Source: the human T2T-CHM13v2.0 reference genome, Homo sapiens. From it: a stretch of DNA of 64,000 bases. Below are positions 45,403 through 59,189 of the stretch, in pieces. Each line of letters starts with the position of its first letter. Position 1 is the first letter of the stretch. The stretch lies in assembly GCF_009914755.1 (NCBI RefSeq), contig NC_060928.1, one strand, 5' to 3'. Below the pieces are notes generated by a model, which worked only from the letters and a program-made list of their open reading frames with translations, was not told the origin of the DNA and did not search any database. The position numbers were made by a program, and so were the translations under genes.

Positions 45403-47389
45403 TGGATTACAGAACATTTTGAATACCAAAGCAAGAAGCTTGGCATTTATTTAAAATGTAATGGGGAACCAATAAAATATCTTAAGGAGAGGAAAGTTTT
45501 GGTATTAATCAGAGTAGATAGGGACTAGAAATATGATCATTAATTCAGAGTTTATTGTAATAACTCAGGTGTGATTTGGTGAGAGCCTGAACCAAACTGG
45601 CCTCAGTGCCCTGGTGAGTAAGAATAAATGTGAAAATGGGTCAAAACAATTTAACTAACAGATAGATCAAAACTGTTTAGGGACATATTGGATACTTGAA
45701 GTTAAAGAGAAGAAATTATTAAAGGCACTCCGAAGCTATCAAATGCTATGGCATGAAAACTTACAGTATCATAAGCCAAATGGGTAAATTTGGGAAAAAA
45801 AATTAGATGGGGGTTGTGGAGGGAAATTGGCCAATTGACTAAGAACATACTGACATGCTGAGGTGATGTCAAATGGGTTTCATGAAGAGGAATGGATTTC
45901 CAAGTTTTTTTGACAGTGACCTGAGTAAAACACAGATTTTACATGATGACCTGATATACATATGTATAGCAAAACTTTTACAAAATGGTGCTAATCCCAC
46001 TACAGGCAATTTACCCTGATCAATTCTATTCTATTAATTTTATTTTACTAAACAATACTGGCCATGACATCCTAAATTTATTTCATGACCCTGTTTGAAA
46101 GTTGTTCTAAAGATAGTTGAAAATTAGGAACTTTCTATAGTAGGTGTGTTGTAGAAATTTTTGGCAATGAGGCCCTTACGGAAGAAAGGTCAAGGCTAAT
46201 CCAGATTTTGGGGTTGTGCCATATGGCATTAGGAAATAAGCTTGAGTTCACAGGGTATAGAAATTTTTCCTAGATGATCATGACTACAAACAGAACAGTT
46301 TCTAACCCATGAATAAATTAGTTACATATACCCCAGGATGTGGATGACAAAGAATATTAGAAATAGCATGAAATATCATCACTATTTTTTTTACTATAAA
46401 ATATATGTTTTAGTTTAAAAATAAAGGTAGCTGTGTTAATATTTAACTACACTGGATTTTTCCTAGTGAGTAATGTCCCCAATATCCTCCCCTCCCTATG
46501 CTTGTAGATACATTTCATATTTGATGTTTTCCAGGATTATGAACAATTTTAAGGTACAGTAAGAGTGAACAAAAGAACAACCCCTGAATGGACAGATTTG
46601 TGGCTGTTAGTTTAATTTGGCTAATCAAGAAGCAACTGCACCAATGTAGTAAGTGGCCATGAGCAAGTTTCTCTACAACAAAAAACATTGCTTCACAGGG
46701 TGGTTGAGTCACTGGAAAGATTTTCATATTTAAACTCCTTTAGCATCCCCTTTGTCTACTCACCTAAACCAAATACAAAATAATATCAATGGGAATTAGT
46801 ACTGGTTTGGGACTTGGATTTGAGTGGGGAGGCCAAAGAAGAGCCAGCCATAACAGCACATTGTAAGTATTGAGTAACATTCTGGGCAATGACTGTGGTG
46901 TGGCTGCTGGGCCAATAGGATATATCATTGGGCCATTTAAATAGACCCTGTTTTGACTAGTGGCTAGAATATTTTTAACCTCTTCAGTTGGTCAGGATTG
47001 AAGTAAGGCAGCTTCTGCTAGCCTGTTTACCTTCACGGTATACCTTTAACTACACTAATTTCTGGATTGCGTTCTAATGAGAAAAGAAAAATGTAGAGGA
47101 TGCACGGTATCAAGTGCTCATGGCCATTTACCATATGGCTACAGTTGACTCGATCTGACAAATTAAATTGACAATCAATGAAAGTTTTGAATGACTTCTG
47201 TATCTAGTCTGTATCTATCTGTATCTAGGCATGAGCTGGATCTAGTGTTAGATACAGTGAGGATGAACCATGGTTAGTGCTTTCAGGAAACTTATTATCT
47301 TGGGGATGTAGGATATAAATTGTAGCATTTCTGTTGTCTGCAACATTAATCTAAAAACCTCAATGACCCAAATAGAAAAGGAAAAAAGC

Positions 47390-47475
47390 TTTCTGAACAG
47401 CCAAACAGAGATTCCAAAGTTCAGGCACCAAAGTTCAGACCCTAACAGTTATTTACAAGGGTCAGTTAACCTTTT
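47390..47475. promoter_or_regulatory. Candidate ALB far-upstream enhancer core (about -6.6 kb)
   Basis: GCCAAACA (TGTTTGGC) 47400-47407, two CCAAAGTTCAG (47414-47424, 47428-47438) and TATTTAC 47450-47456. A TGTTTGGC element in a -6 kb human albumin enhancer is recalled from the literature. Confidence 0.6.
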
Positions 47476-50400
47476 GTTCTAGTGGGATAGGATTCCCATG
47501 GTGAGATTTGAAGAACTGTGGAACCACTGTTTCAGGTTCTTTTTCCACTTTGCCACCCGTTTGAAATTCCATCCATTAGGAATTAACTGGCATGATGGGA
47601 GTCCCTTTTATAATAAAATGCCTCTATTCTAGAAAGGTTAGGTATGGGGGAGGAAATAGAGTGTTGATGAGATTAGGAGCATGAGGTTCAGATAAGGAGA
47701 GGTTTTGTGAGATTTTGTAGAATTAGCTTAGTAAGATTTTTAATATTTAAGACCTACCCGAATTTGCCAACAGGTTAAGAAAGGGAAGTTTTGGTATGGG
47801 GTTTATGTTAGAAAGGAGGCACATGGAACTTAGAGGCTGGGTAATGGTTGGAAAGGTGGGACCCCTAAAAGATAGATGTTTGAGGTATACAGAAGGCAGT
47901 GGAATGGGAGAGAGAAATGATCATTTTCATGCTTAGTTTTGCCTGAAAACCCAGATAATTGCGAACTCGGCTTTTTTTTTTTCTGCTTGCCAGCCTGCAT
48001 TTCTTTTCTTTCTTAAGGTTCTGCAGGAAGTTTCATTGTCTTTGAAGCTGGGATCTAATTCTTTGCTTTGATATTTTATGAAACATTTAGAAATTACACA
48101 TCATCATATCCTCCTTACTTTCTTCAGTCCTCTGCCTACTCATTCCATTTCTCCAGGAAAACTGTCTTCACAAGCAAAAATAAACACAGTGAATACAAAT
48201 TTGAAATTTGAAGTCTGTTGGATTGTATAGGTAGCTAAGGAGGTTAGAGCCCACACAGCTTATTTACACGTGAGATTGTCCTTGGATGTAGAGCTTCTCC
48301 TCCACTGCTTCTTTATTATCCCAGGAGTACCTTGTATTCTACATGCATAGTAATTTATAATGTTTCACTATAATTATCTTCTTATTTTCCTGCATCCCTT
48401 GTTACATTGTGAGCTCCTTGAAATCAGCTCCTTAAAATAATTATGAAACACTGTCTTATGGGTTGTGCCCTGTCAACAAGAATGCTATTGTTAAATAATT
48501 AGCATGTTTGTTGATGCTGGCCAATATTTACTTTTAGGTATCATCACTCCTGATGTGGATTTTTTGTCAATTTTCCACATAACTGCAGATATAAGTTTGG
48601 ACTCATCAACACAGCCATTTGCTTTCAAGACATTAAATGCTTTAAACACAGCCATTTGCTTTCAATACATTAATAACTGAATAAATAAACAGTATACATT
48701 TAAAAATTAAAATTGAATCAAAATAATAATTATCTGTATTTTATCTAGTAACTTAAGTTATTGCTGTTAAATACATAGACTATGTCACTGCTGTAAATCA
48801 GAAGCATTTTGGAAAAAGAGTTCCATTGTCAACATCATATGTTACTAAAATTAGTTCTTTGTTTTATTTAAATGCATGTTTTTGTTGCAATATATTATTG
48901 TTAACTGAATGATTTTAGCAAACCAAATTTTCAAAGTATTATTCTAACAAAAGAATTTTATTGTTTTCAATATCTATATAATGAAAAACTAATACTGAAC
49001 AATTCAATGCTTATATACCCAAAAATATTTTACAATTATTTTTGAAAGCATTTATATTATGTAGTTTATTATAATTTGGCTAGAGATGAATTTCTCTCAA
49101 AAAAGTGAACATCTGCCAATTATTTATATGATATATTTCTTAAAACTTACACTTTTTTGGATCAAATAATTCATTTATTGATGTCAGCGCACACATACCT
49201 TCTTGGAAAACTCCTGAGAATTTCAAGGCTTAAATTCCAAGCTTCAGCTGGGTTACGGGTTGAGAAAGTTTTAGCTAAGAACTGGCACTAAAAGATTACA
49301 AAACATCTCGCAAAGCTTAAAGCTATAGAAGACATCAAGAAGAAAAAATACCTTTTAATAAAAACATTCTAAACTCTATCCACTAAAATTTCAACATGAG
49401 ACTATTTTAGCTATACAATCTTAGTTGTTTTATAGAAGATTGATAAAGTTCAATTTTATAACTTTAAACTTAAGTAACAAGTTTCTTGAATTTCATGTTT
49501 AAAATATAGAATATGAATAGATTCAAAGTGCATTCATTTCTGTTTAATTTCCATCTGTGGCTATCCTTATGAGACAGGATTAGTATTAATTTCAATTTAT
49601 ATGTTTATAGATTCTATTAGTTGTTAATTTATTAAGAATGGATAAACATGGATTGCAGACATTAACTATATTTTTCTTGCACTTGAAAAACTTGATAAAA
49701 AAATATGAGAAAGTCTCATTAATATAGTTTAAATAAGTTTAAATGAACTTTTTATTCTTTAAAAATATTAAGCTGAACTAGCTAGAGCGTAATACTTGAG
49801 GAGCAATTGTGAGGCTTAGGAATGAACAAGCTCTCAAACTTGAATCCTAATTGCCTAACTTGATATATTCTTTCCTACCACTCAGGTCCTTTTCTCATTT
49901 GATAAGGCTGTCACATTGAAAACATGGAATTGCAGAATGTTCAAGGTAGAAGGATCGTTAAAGATAATTTAGTCCAACTTGACCCATATGGCATAGAGAT
50001 ATATGCAGATCTGCATGTCCAGTTCTGCAGCTAGAAACTGACACTGAGCTGAATTAAACCACACGGAGAAGAACTGAGAAATTTAAAGTAAAAGGTTAGG
50101 AAATTCGAATGTATATATATTCCAGAGGCCCAGTGTAACATGAAGAAAGTCAAGGAGAGGGACTCTTTCATCATGGAAGATCTGGGGGCAGAGGGACTTA
50201 AAAGGTGGGACAAGCCAAAGATGGTGACCTAGGGTGGTTTTTATGATATAACCTTTTTTCTCCTCATTCCCTATGAAATCTTCAGCCAATTCCATATTTC
50301 TCACTAATTCAAGTGAATATCTGGGGGGATGGCTTATGGAGGGAAATAAGGGAGCAATTGTTTGGATTATATTCCAATTTTTTATTTGCATTAGAATACC

Positions 50401-51656
50401 TATATGTTTATACATTTTTATTTGCATTAGAAATACTTATATAAGTTTATACACTTTCATTCTAACTTTTTTTGAGGGAAATGTATCTCCATAAGTGAAT
50501 AAGAAGTTAAATTACTGATTATGTTTCAATTGGTTAGTTTGATGCTTAACAGTCTTTCACTTTTCCACTCTTGCATATTTTGTAGAGAGTAATACAAGCT
50601 CTTCATGATAGGAAGGATCTGCATATGTTTATTTTATAGTAGAAAAATGGTAAGATTTTCCTGTCCCCAATTTTCTCTCCAAACAAATCCAAATTTCTTG
50701 TATTTTGGAATGACTCTGGGTAAAGTGGTTGTTTATAGAAAGTCTCTTATAAAATATTGAGGATATTATTAGATATTATTACATTTCCATGAATATGTTT
50801 CCCTTTATCTTTAAGAGAAGAAGAGTCAGAAATATAACCTATCAGAGTGGGAGATGGCATAAAAGCTGGACTAAATGGATTGCTAGATGGAGGGCAAACC
50901 TGGTGTGAATGACTCAGTGAGAAGCTTCGGGAGTCCTGAGGGTAGCAGAAGGGTGCGGATTTAAAGTTACTGTTAGAGTGGCTGGAAAATGGGAGACCGG
51001 TTCAGAGACATTTTATCTACTTAAAAACTGTGCCTTTTGTATCACGTCAAAGTGAATGCAAAACAAAGAACAAAAGGGTTAAAGGCTCAGGTTTAAATCC
51101 CAGGTATATGTACATTTCAATTGAGGTATTTTTTTTTTCTTTTCTAAATGATCAGTACACTTATTCTTTCTAAAGAAAATACTTTTCTTAACTACTCTCT
51201 ATTTTTAAACTTCTCCCACAAAGATGAGAAAACATTTAAAAATCATTGGGGCTATTTTTCTGTTTACCGAGTAAAGAGAATCTCTAAACCATATTTATAA
51301 CTCTTACTCTAAATATTTGCATTTACCCTCATGCCAGAGCCCGTTGATGACTGACTAAACAGAGTTTCAAAGTTTGAAGAACAGGAAATTTAGAAATGAC
51401 TAACAATTATGTAGGTTTATTTCTCTCAGTATAGAATGTTCATATAGAATTAATGCCAGAGGTTTTCAGAGAAAAATGCAGAAATTTTTACTTTGCAAAT
51501 CCAGAAGATGCAATTGTTCAAGTATTTCTTAAGAAACATTAATTTTAAGTATGCAGATATCATTGAGAATTAAATATTTTAATTTCTAAACTATTAATCT
51601 TTTAGTAGGATGCACATATGCAAAATGCCTCATTAGTACTGTAAGAAAAGATTCTT

Positions 51657-51953
51657 GGCCGGGCGCGGTGGCTCATGACTGTAATCCCAGCACTTTGGGA
51701 GGCCGAGGTGGGCGGATGACGAGGTCAGGAGATCGAGACCACCCTGGCACACGGTGAAACCCCGTCTCTACTAAAGATACAAAAAATTAGCCGGGCGTGA
51801 TGGCGGGCGCCTGTAGTCCCAGCTACTCGGGAGGCTGAGGCAGAAGAATGGCGTGAACTCGGGAGGCGGAGCTTGCAAGTGAGCCGAGATAGTGCCACTG
51901 CACTCCAGTCTGGGCGAAAGAGCGAGACTCCATCTCAAAAAAAAAAAAAAAAA
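51657..51953 (+). mobile_element. AluY
   Basis: CpG-rich, Y diagnostics, perfect 14-bp TSD AAGAAAAGATTCTT (51643-51656, 51954-51967). Confidence 0.96.
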
Positions 51954-52203
51954 AAGAAAAGATTCTTTTAGGTTTCATCAATTTTGTTTTAAAGCTAGGG
52001 CTCTTCATTAGATATAGGAAAATCAATTCAAAGTTTCTATTCAGTCATGATGAATTTGAGATTTTTTTAGGTTTCTTTGTATTTAACAATATATTACATT
52101 ATAATGTTGTGGTGAAAACTAAATGGACTAATATTATTCTTTTCATTTGTTAAATGAAAAAGTATGCACAAAGTATATGTGAGAGTGACAAAGGCCTGAA
52201 TTT

Positions 52204-52216
52204 GTCAATTAGTAAC
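52204..52216 (-). promoter_or_regulatory. HNF1 site, ALB -1.7/-1.8 kb enhancer
   Basis: GTTACTAATTGAC on the - strand fits HNF1 consensus GTTAATNATTAAC, about 1.78 kb upstream of the cap site. Confidence 0.7.
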
Positions 52217-53633
52217 AATTGTATTCAACAGTAAGGATTTTATGTTTGGGTAGGCCTTTCCCAGGGACTTCTACAAGGAAAAAGCTAGAGTTGGTTACTG
52301 ACTTCTAATAAATAATGCCTACAATTTCTAGGAAGTTAAAAGTTGACATAATTTATCCAAGAAAGAATTATTTTCTTAACTTAGAATAGTTTCTTTTTTC
52401 TTTTCAGATGTAGGTTTTTCTGGCTTTAGAAAAAATGCTTGTTTTTCTTCAATGGAAAATAGGCACACTTGTTTTATGTCTGTTCATCTGTAGTCAGAAA
52501 GACAAGTCTGGTATTTCCTTTCAGGACTCCCTTGAGTCATTAAAAAAAATCTTCCTATCTATCTATGTATCTATCATCCATCTAGCTTTGATTTTTTCCT
52601 CTTCTGTGCTTTATTAGTTAATTAGTACCCATTTCTGAAGAAGAAATAACATAAGATTATAGAAAATAATTTCTTTCATTGTAAGACTGAATAGAAAAAA
52701 TTTTCTTTCATTATAAGACTGAGTAGAAAAAATAATACTTTGTTAGTCTCTGTGCCTCTATGTGCCATGAGGAAATTTGACTACTGGTTTTGACTGACTG
52801 AGTTATTTAATTAAGTAAAATAACTGGCTTAGTACTAATTATTGTTCTGTAGTATCAGAGAAAGTTGTTCTTCCTACTGGTTGAGCTCAGTAGTTCTTCA
52901 TATTCTGAGCAAAAGGGCAGAGGTAGGATAGCTTTTCTGAGGTAGAGATAAGAACCTTGGGTAGGGAAGGAAGATTTATGAAATATTTAAAAAATTATTC
53001 TTCCTTCGCTTTGTTTTTAGACATAATGTTAAATTTATTTTGAAATTTAAAGCAACATAAAAGAACATGTGATTTTTCTACTTATTGAAAGAGAGAAAGG
53101 AAAAAAATATGAAACAGGGATGGAAAGAATCCTATGCCTGGTGAAGGTCAAGGGTTCTCATAACCTACAGAGAATTTGGGGTCAGCCTGTCCTATTGTAT
53201 ATTATGGCAAAGATAATCATCATCTCATTTGGGTCCATTTTCCTCTCCATCTCTGCTTAACTGAAGATCCCATGAGATATACTCACACTGAATCTAAATA
53301 GCCTATCTCAGGGCTTGAATCACATGTGGGCCACAGCAGGAATGGGAACATGGAATTTCTAAGTCCTATCTTACTTGTTATTGTTGCTATGTCTTTTTCT
53401 TAGTTTGCATCTGAGGCAACATCAGCTTTTTCAGACAGAATGGCTTTGGAATAGTAAAAAAGACACAGAAGCCCTAAAATATGTATGTATGTATATGTGT
53501 GTGTGCATGCGTGAGTACTTGTGTGTAAATTTTTCATTATCTATAGGTAAAAGCACACTTGGAATTAGCAATAGATGCAATTTGGGACTTAACTCTTTCA
53601 GTATGTCTTATTTCTAAGCAAAGTATTTAGTTT

Positions 53634-53647
53634 GGTTAGTAATTACT
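53634..53647 (+). promoter_or_regulatory. Distal promoter HNF1 site (about -355)
   Basis: GGTTAGTAATTACT resembles the HNF1 palindrome. Confidence 0.65.
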
Positions 53648-53819
53648 AAACACTGAGAACTAAATTGCAAACACCAAGAACTAAAATGTTCAAGTGGGAA
53701 ATTACAGTTAAATACCATGGTAATGAATAAAAGGTACAAATCGTTTAAACTCTTATGTAAAATTTGATAAGATGTTTTACACAACTTTAATACATTGACA
53801 AGGTCTTGTGGAGAAAACA

Positions 53820-54029
53820 GTTCCAGATGGTAAATATACACAAGGGATTTAGTCAAACAATTTTTTGGCAAGAATATTATGAATTTTGTAATCGGTTGGC
53901 AGCCAATGAAATACAAAGATGAGTCTAGTTAATAATCTACAATTATTGGTTAAAGAAGTATATTAGTGCTAATTTCCCTCCGTTTGTCCTAGCTTTTCTC
54001 TTCTGTCAACCCCACACGCCTTTGGCACA
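53820..54029 (+). promoter_or_regulatory. ALB: ALB proximal promoter and 5'UTR
   Basis: C/EBP-DBP-type ATGAATTTTGTAAT 53879-53892, CCAAT 53903-53907, HNF1 GTTAATAATCTAC 53928-53940, TATA-like TATATTA 53959-53965. Cap site near 53991 gives a 39-nt 5'UTR. Confidence 0.9.
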
Positions 54030-54108
54030 ATGAAGTGGGTAACCTTTATTTCCCTTCTTTTTCTCTTTAGCTCGGCTTATTCCAGGGGTGTGTTTCGTCG
54101 AGATGCAC
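54030..54108 (+). CDS. ALB: Serum albumin exon 1 (signal peptide and propeptide)
   Basis: [26 protein letters not shown] + C, donor GTAAGA, 79 nt. Confidence 0.99.
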
Positions 54109-54817
54109 GTAAGAAATCCATTTTTCTATTGTTCAACTTTTATTCTATTTTCCCAGTAAAATAAAGTTTTAGTAAACTCTGCATCTTTAAAGAATTATTT
54201 TGGCATTTATTTCTAAAATGGCATAGTATTTTGTATTTGTGAAGTCTTACAAGGTTATCTTATTAATAAAATTCAAACATCCTAGGTAAAAAAAAAAAAA
54301 GGTCAGAATTGTTTAGTGACTGTAATTTTCTTTTGCGCACTAAGGAAAGTGCAAAGTAACTTAGAGTGACTGAAACTTCACAGAATAGGGTTGAAGATTG
54401 AATTCATAACTATCCCAAAGACCTATCCATTGCACTATGCTTTATTTAAAAACCACAAAACCTGTGCTGTTGATCTCATAAATAGAACTTGTATTTATAT
54501 TTATTTTCATTTTAGTCTGTCTTCTTGGTTGCTGTTGATAGACACTAAAAGAGTATTAGATATTATCTAAGTTTGAATATAAGGCTATAAATATTTAATA
54601 ATTTTTAAAATAGTATTCTTGGTAATTGAATTATTCTTCTGTTTAAAGGCAGAAGAAATAATTGAACATCATCCTGAGTTTTTCTGTAGGAATCAGAGCC
54701 CAATATTTTGAAACAAATGCATAATCTAAGTCAAATGGAAAGAAATATAAAAAGTAACATTATTACTTCTTGTTTTCTTCAGTATTTAACAATCCTTTTT
54801 TTTCTTCCCTTGCCCAG

Positions 54818-54875
54818 ACAAGAGTGAGGTTGCTCATCGGTTTAAAGATTTGGGAGAAGAAAATTTCAAAGCCTT
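54818..54875 (+). CDS. ALB: Serum albumin exon 2
   Basis: (H)KSEVAHRFKDLGEENFKA(L), CAG acceptor, GTAAGT donor, 58 nt. Confidence 0.99.
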
Positions 54876-54977
54876 GTAAGTTAAAATATTGATGAATCAA
54901 ATTTAATGTTTCTAATAGTGTTGTTTATTATTCTAAAGTGCTTATATTTCCTTGTCATCAGGGTTCAGATTCTAAAA

Positions 54978-55184
54978 CAGTGCTGCCTCGTAGAGTTTTC
55001 TGCGTTGAGGAAGATATTCTGTATCTGGGCTATCCAATAAGGTAGTCACTGGTCACATGGCTATTGAGTACTTCAAATATGACAAGTGCAACTGAGAAAC
55101 AAAAACTTAAATTGTATTTAATTGTAGTTAATTTGAATGTATATAGTCACATGTGGCTAATGGCTACTGTATTGGACAGTACAG
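54978..55184. mobile_element. MER3-like hAT-Charlie fossil in ALB intron 2
   Basis: CAGTGCTG...GGACAGTACAG termini with internal cacatggctattgagtactt and cacatgtggctaatggctac. Confidence 0.75.
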
Positions 55185-55281
55185 CTCTGGAACTTGCTTG
55201 GTGGAAAGGACTTTAATATAGGTTTCCTTTGGTGGCTTACCCACTAAATCTTCTTTACATAGCAAGCATTCCTGTGCTTAG

Positions 55282-55589
<308 letters not shown>

Positions 55590-55681
55590 TATTTAAATGT
55601 TTTTTAATCTAGTAAAAAATGAGAAAATTGTTTTTTTAAAAGTCTACCTAATCCTACAGGCTAATTAAAGACGTGTGTGGG

Positions 55682-55972
<291 letters not shown>

Positions 55973-56229
55973 GGAAATCTGTGGGGTTTGTTTTAGTTTT
56001 AAGTAATTCTAAGGACTTTAAAAATGCCTAGTCTTGACAATTAGATCTATTTGGCATACAATTTGCTTGCTTAATCTATGTGTGTGCATAGATCTACTGA
56101 CACACGCATACATATAAACATTAGGGAACTACCATTCTCTTTGCGTAGGAAGCCACATATGCCTATCTAGGCCTCAGATCATACCTGATATGAATAGGCT
56201 TTCTGGATAATGGTGAAGAAGATGTATAA

Positions 56230-56475
<246 letters not shown>

Positions 56476-56814
56476 TAATTGTGGAGATTCTTTCTTCTGT
56501 TTGAAGTAATCCCAAGCATTTCAAAGGAATTTTTTTTAAGTTTTCTCAATTATTATTAAGTGTCCTGATTTGTAAGAAACACTAAAAAGTTGCTCATAGA
56601 CTGATAAGCCATTGTTTCTTTTGTGATAGAGATGCTTTAGCTATGTCCACAGTTTTAAAATCATTTCTTTATTGAGACCAAACACAACAGTCATGGTGTA
56701 TTTAAATGGCAATTTGTCATTTATAAACACCTCTTTTTAAAATTTGAGGTTTGGTTTCTTTTTGTAGAGGCTAATAGGGATATGATAGCATGTATTTATT
56801 TATTTATTTATCTT

Positions 56815-57300
56815 ATTTTATTATAGTAAGAACCCTTAACATGAGATCTACCCTGTTATATTTTTAAGTGTACAATCCATTATTGTTAACTACGGGTACA
56901 CTGTTGTATAGCTTACTCATCTTGCTGTATTAAAACTTTGTGCCCATTGATTAGTAACCCCTCGTTTCGTCCTCCCCCAGCCACTGGCAACCAGCATTAT
57001 ACTCTTTGATTCTATGAGTTTGACTACTTTAGCTACCTTATATAAGTGGTATTATGTACTGTTTATCTTTTTATGACTGACTTATTTCCCTTAGCATAGT
57101 GCATTCAAAGTCCAACCATGTTGTTGCCTATTGCAGAATTTCCTTCTTTTCAAGGCTGAATAATATTCCAGTGCATGTGTGTACCACATTTTCTTTATCC
57201 ATTAATTTGTTGATTGATAGACATTTAGGTTGGTTTTCTACATCTTGACTATCATGAATAGTGTTGCAATGAACACAGGAGAGCTACTATCTCTTAGAGA
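56815..57300 (-). mobile_element. L1MA 3' fragment in ALB intron 3
   Basis: ttaacatgagatctaccct...agccactggcaacc...ttctatgagtttgactac...ggctgaataatattcca is a reverse L1MA 3' end. Confidence 0.75.
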
Positions 57301-58295
57301 TGATATCATGGTTTTTATCATCAGAAAACACCCACTGATTTCTATGCTAATTTTGTTACCTGGGTGGAATAATAGTACAGCTATATATTCCTCATTTTAG
57401 ATATCTTTGTATTTCTACATACAATAAAAAAGCAGAGTACTTAGTCATGTTGAAGAACTTTAAACTTTTAGTATTTCCAGATCAATCTTCAAAACAAGGA
57501 CAGGTTTATCTTTCTCTCACCACTCAATCTATATATACCTCTTGTGGGCAAGGCCAGTTTTTATCACTGGAGCCTTTCCCCTTTTTATTATGTACCTCTC
57601 CCTCACAGCAGAGTCAGGACTTTAACTTTACACAATACTATGGCTCTACATATGAAATCTTAAAAATACATAAAAATTAATAAATTCTGTCTAGAGTAGT
57701 ATATTTTCCCTGGGGTTACAGTTACTTTCATAATAAAAATTAGAGATAAGGAAAGGACTCATTTATTGGAAAGTGATTTTAGGTAACATTTCTGGAAGAA
57801 AAATGTCTATATCTTAATAGTCACTTAATATATGATGGATTGTGTTACTCCTCAGTTTTCAATGGCATATACTAAAACATGGCCCTCTAAAAAGGGGGCA
57901 AATGAAATGAGAAACTCTCTGAATGTTTTTCTCCCCTAGGTGAATTCACCTGCTGCTTAGAAGCTTATTTTCTCTTGATTTCTGTTATAATGATTGCTCT
58001 TACCCTTTAGTTTTAAGTTTCAAAATAGGAGTCATATAACTTTCCTTAAAGCTATTGACTGTCTTTTTGTCCTGTTTTATTCACCATGAGTTATAGTGTG
58101 ACAGTTAATTCTTATGAAAATTATATAGAGATGGTTAAATCATCAGAAACTGTAAACCTCGATTGGGAGGGGAAGCGGATTTTTAAATGATTTCCTGACC
58201 AAGCTTAACCAGTATATTAAATCCTTTGTACTGTTCTTTGGCTATAAAGAAAAAAGGTACTGTCCAGCAACTGAAACCTGCTTTCTTCCATTTAG

Positions 58296-58508
<213 letters not shown>

Positions 58509-58850
58509 TAAGTAATCAGATGTTTATAGTTCAAAATTAAAAAGCATGGAGTAACTCCATAGGCCAACACTCTATAAAAATTACCATAACAAAAATATTT
58601 TCAACATTAAGACTTGGAAGTTTTGTTATGATGATTTTTTAAAGAAGTAGTATTTGATACCACAAAATTCTACACAGCAAAAAATATGATCAAAGATATT
58701 TTGAAGTTTATTGAAACAGGATACAATCTTTCTGAAAAATTTAAGATAGACAAATTATTTAATGTATTACGAAGATATGTATATATGGTTGTTATAATTG
58801 ATTTCGTTTTAGTCAGCAACATTATATTGCCAAAATTTAACCATTTATGC

Positions 58851-58874
58851 ACACACACACACACACACACACAC
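58851..58874. repeat. (AC)12 microsatellite in intron 4
   Basis: Read directly from the sequence. Confidence 0.9.
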
Positions 58875-59056
58875 TTAACCCTTTTTTCCACATACTTAAA
58901 GAATGACAGAGACAAGACCATCATGTGCAAATTGAGCTTAATTGGTTAATTAGATATCTTTGGAATTTGGAGGTTCTGGGGAGAATGTCGATTACAATTA
59001 TTTCTGTAATATTGTCTGCTATAGAAAAGTGACTGTTTTTCTTTTTCAAAATTTAG

Positions 59057-59189
59057 ATACTTATATGAAATTGCCAGAAGACATCCTTACTTTTATGCCC
59101 CGGAACTCCTTTTCTTTGCTAAAAGGTATAAAGCTGCTTTTACAGAATGTTGCCAAGCTGCTGATAAAGCTGCCTGCCTGTTGCCAAAG
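59057..59189 (+). CDS. ALB: Serum albumin exon 5
   Basis: [44 protein letters not shown], 133 nt, AG/GT. Confidence 0.99.

Noticed and set aside
50003-50016. 14-bp palindrome ATGCAGATCTGCAT
   Set aside because: A few palindromes of this length are expected by chance in 64 kb.
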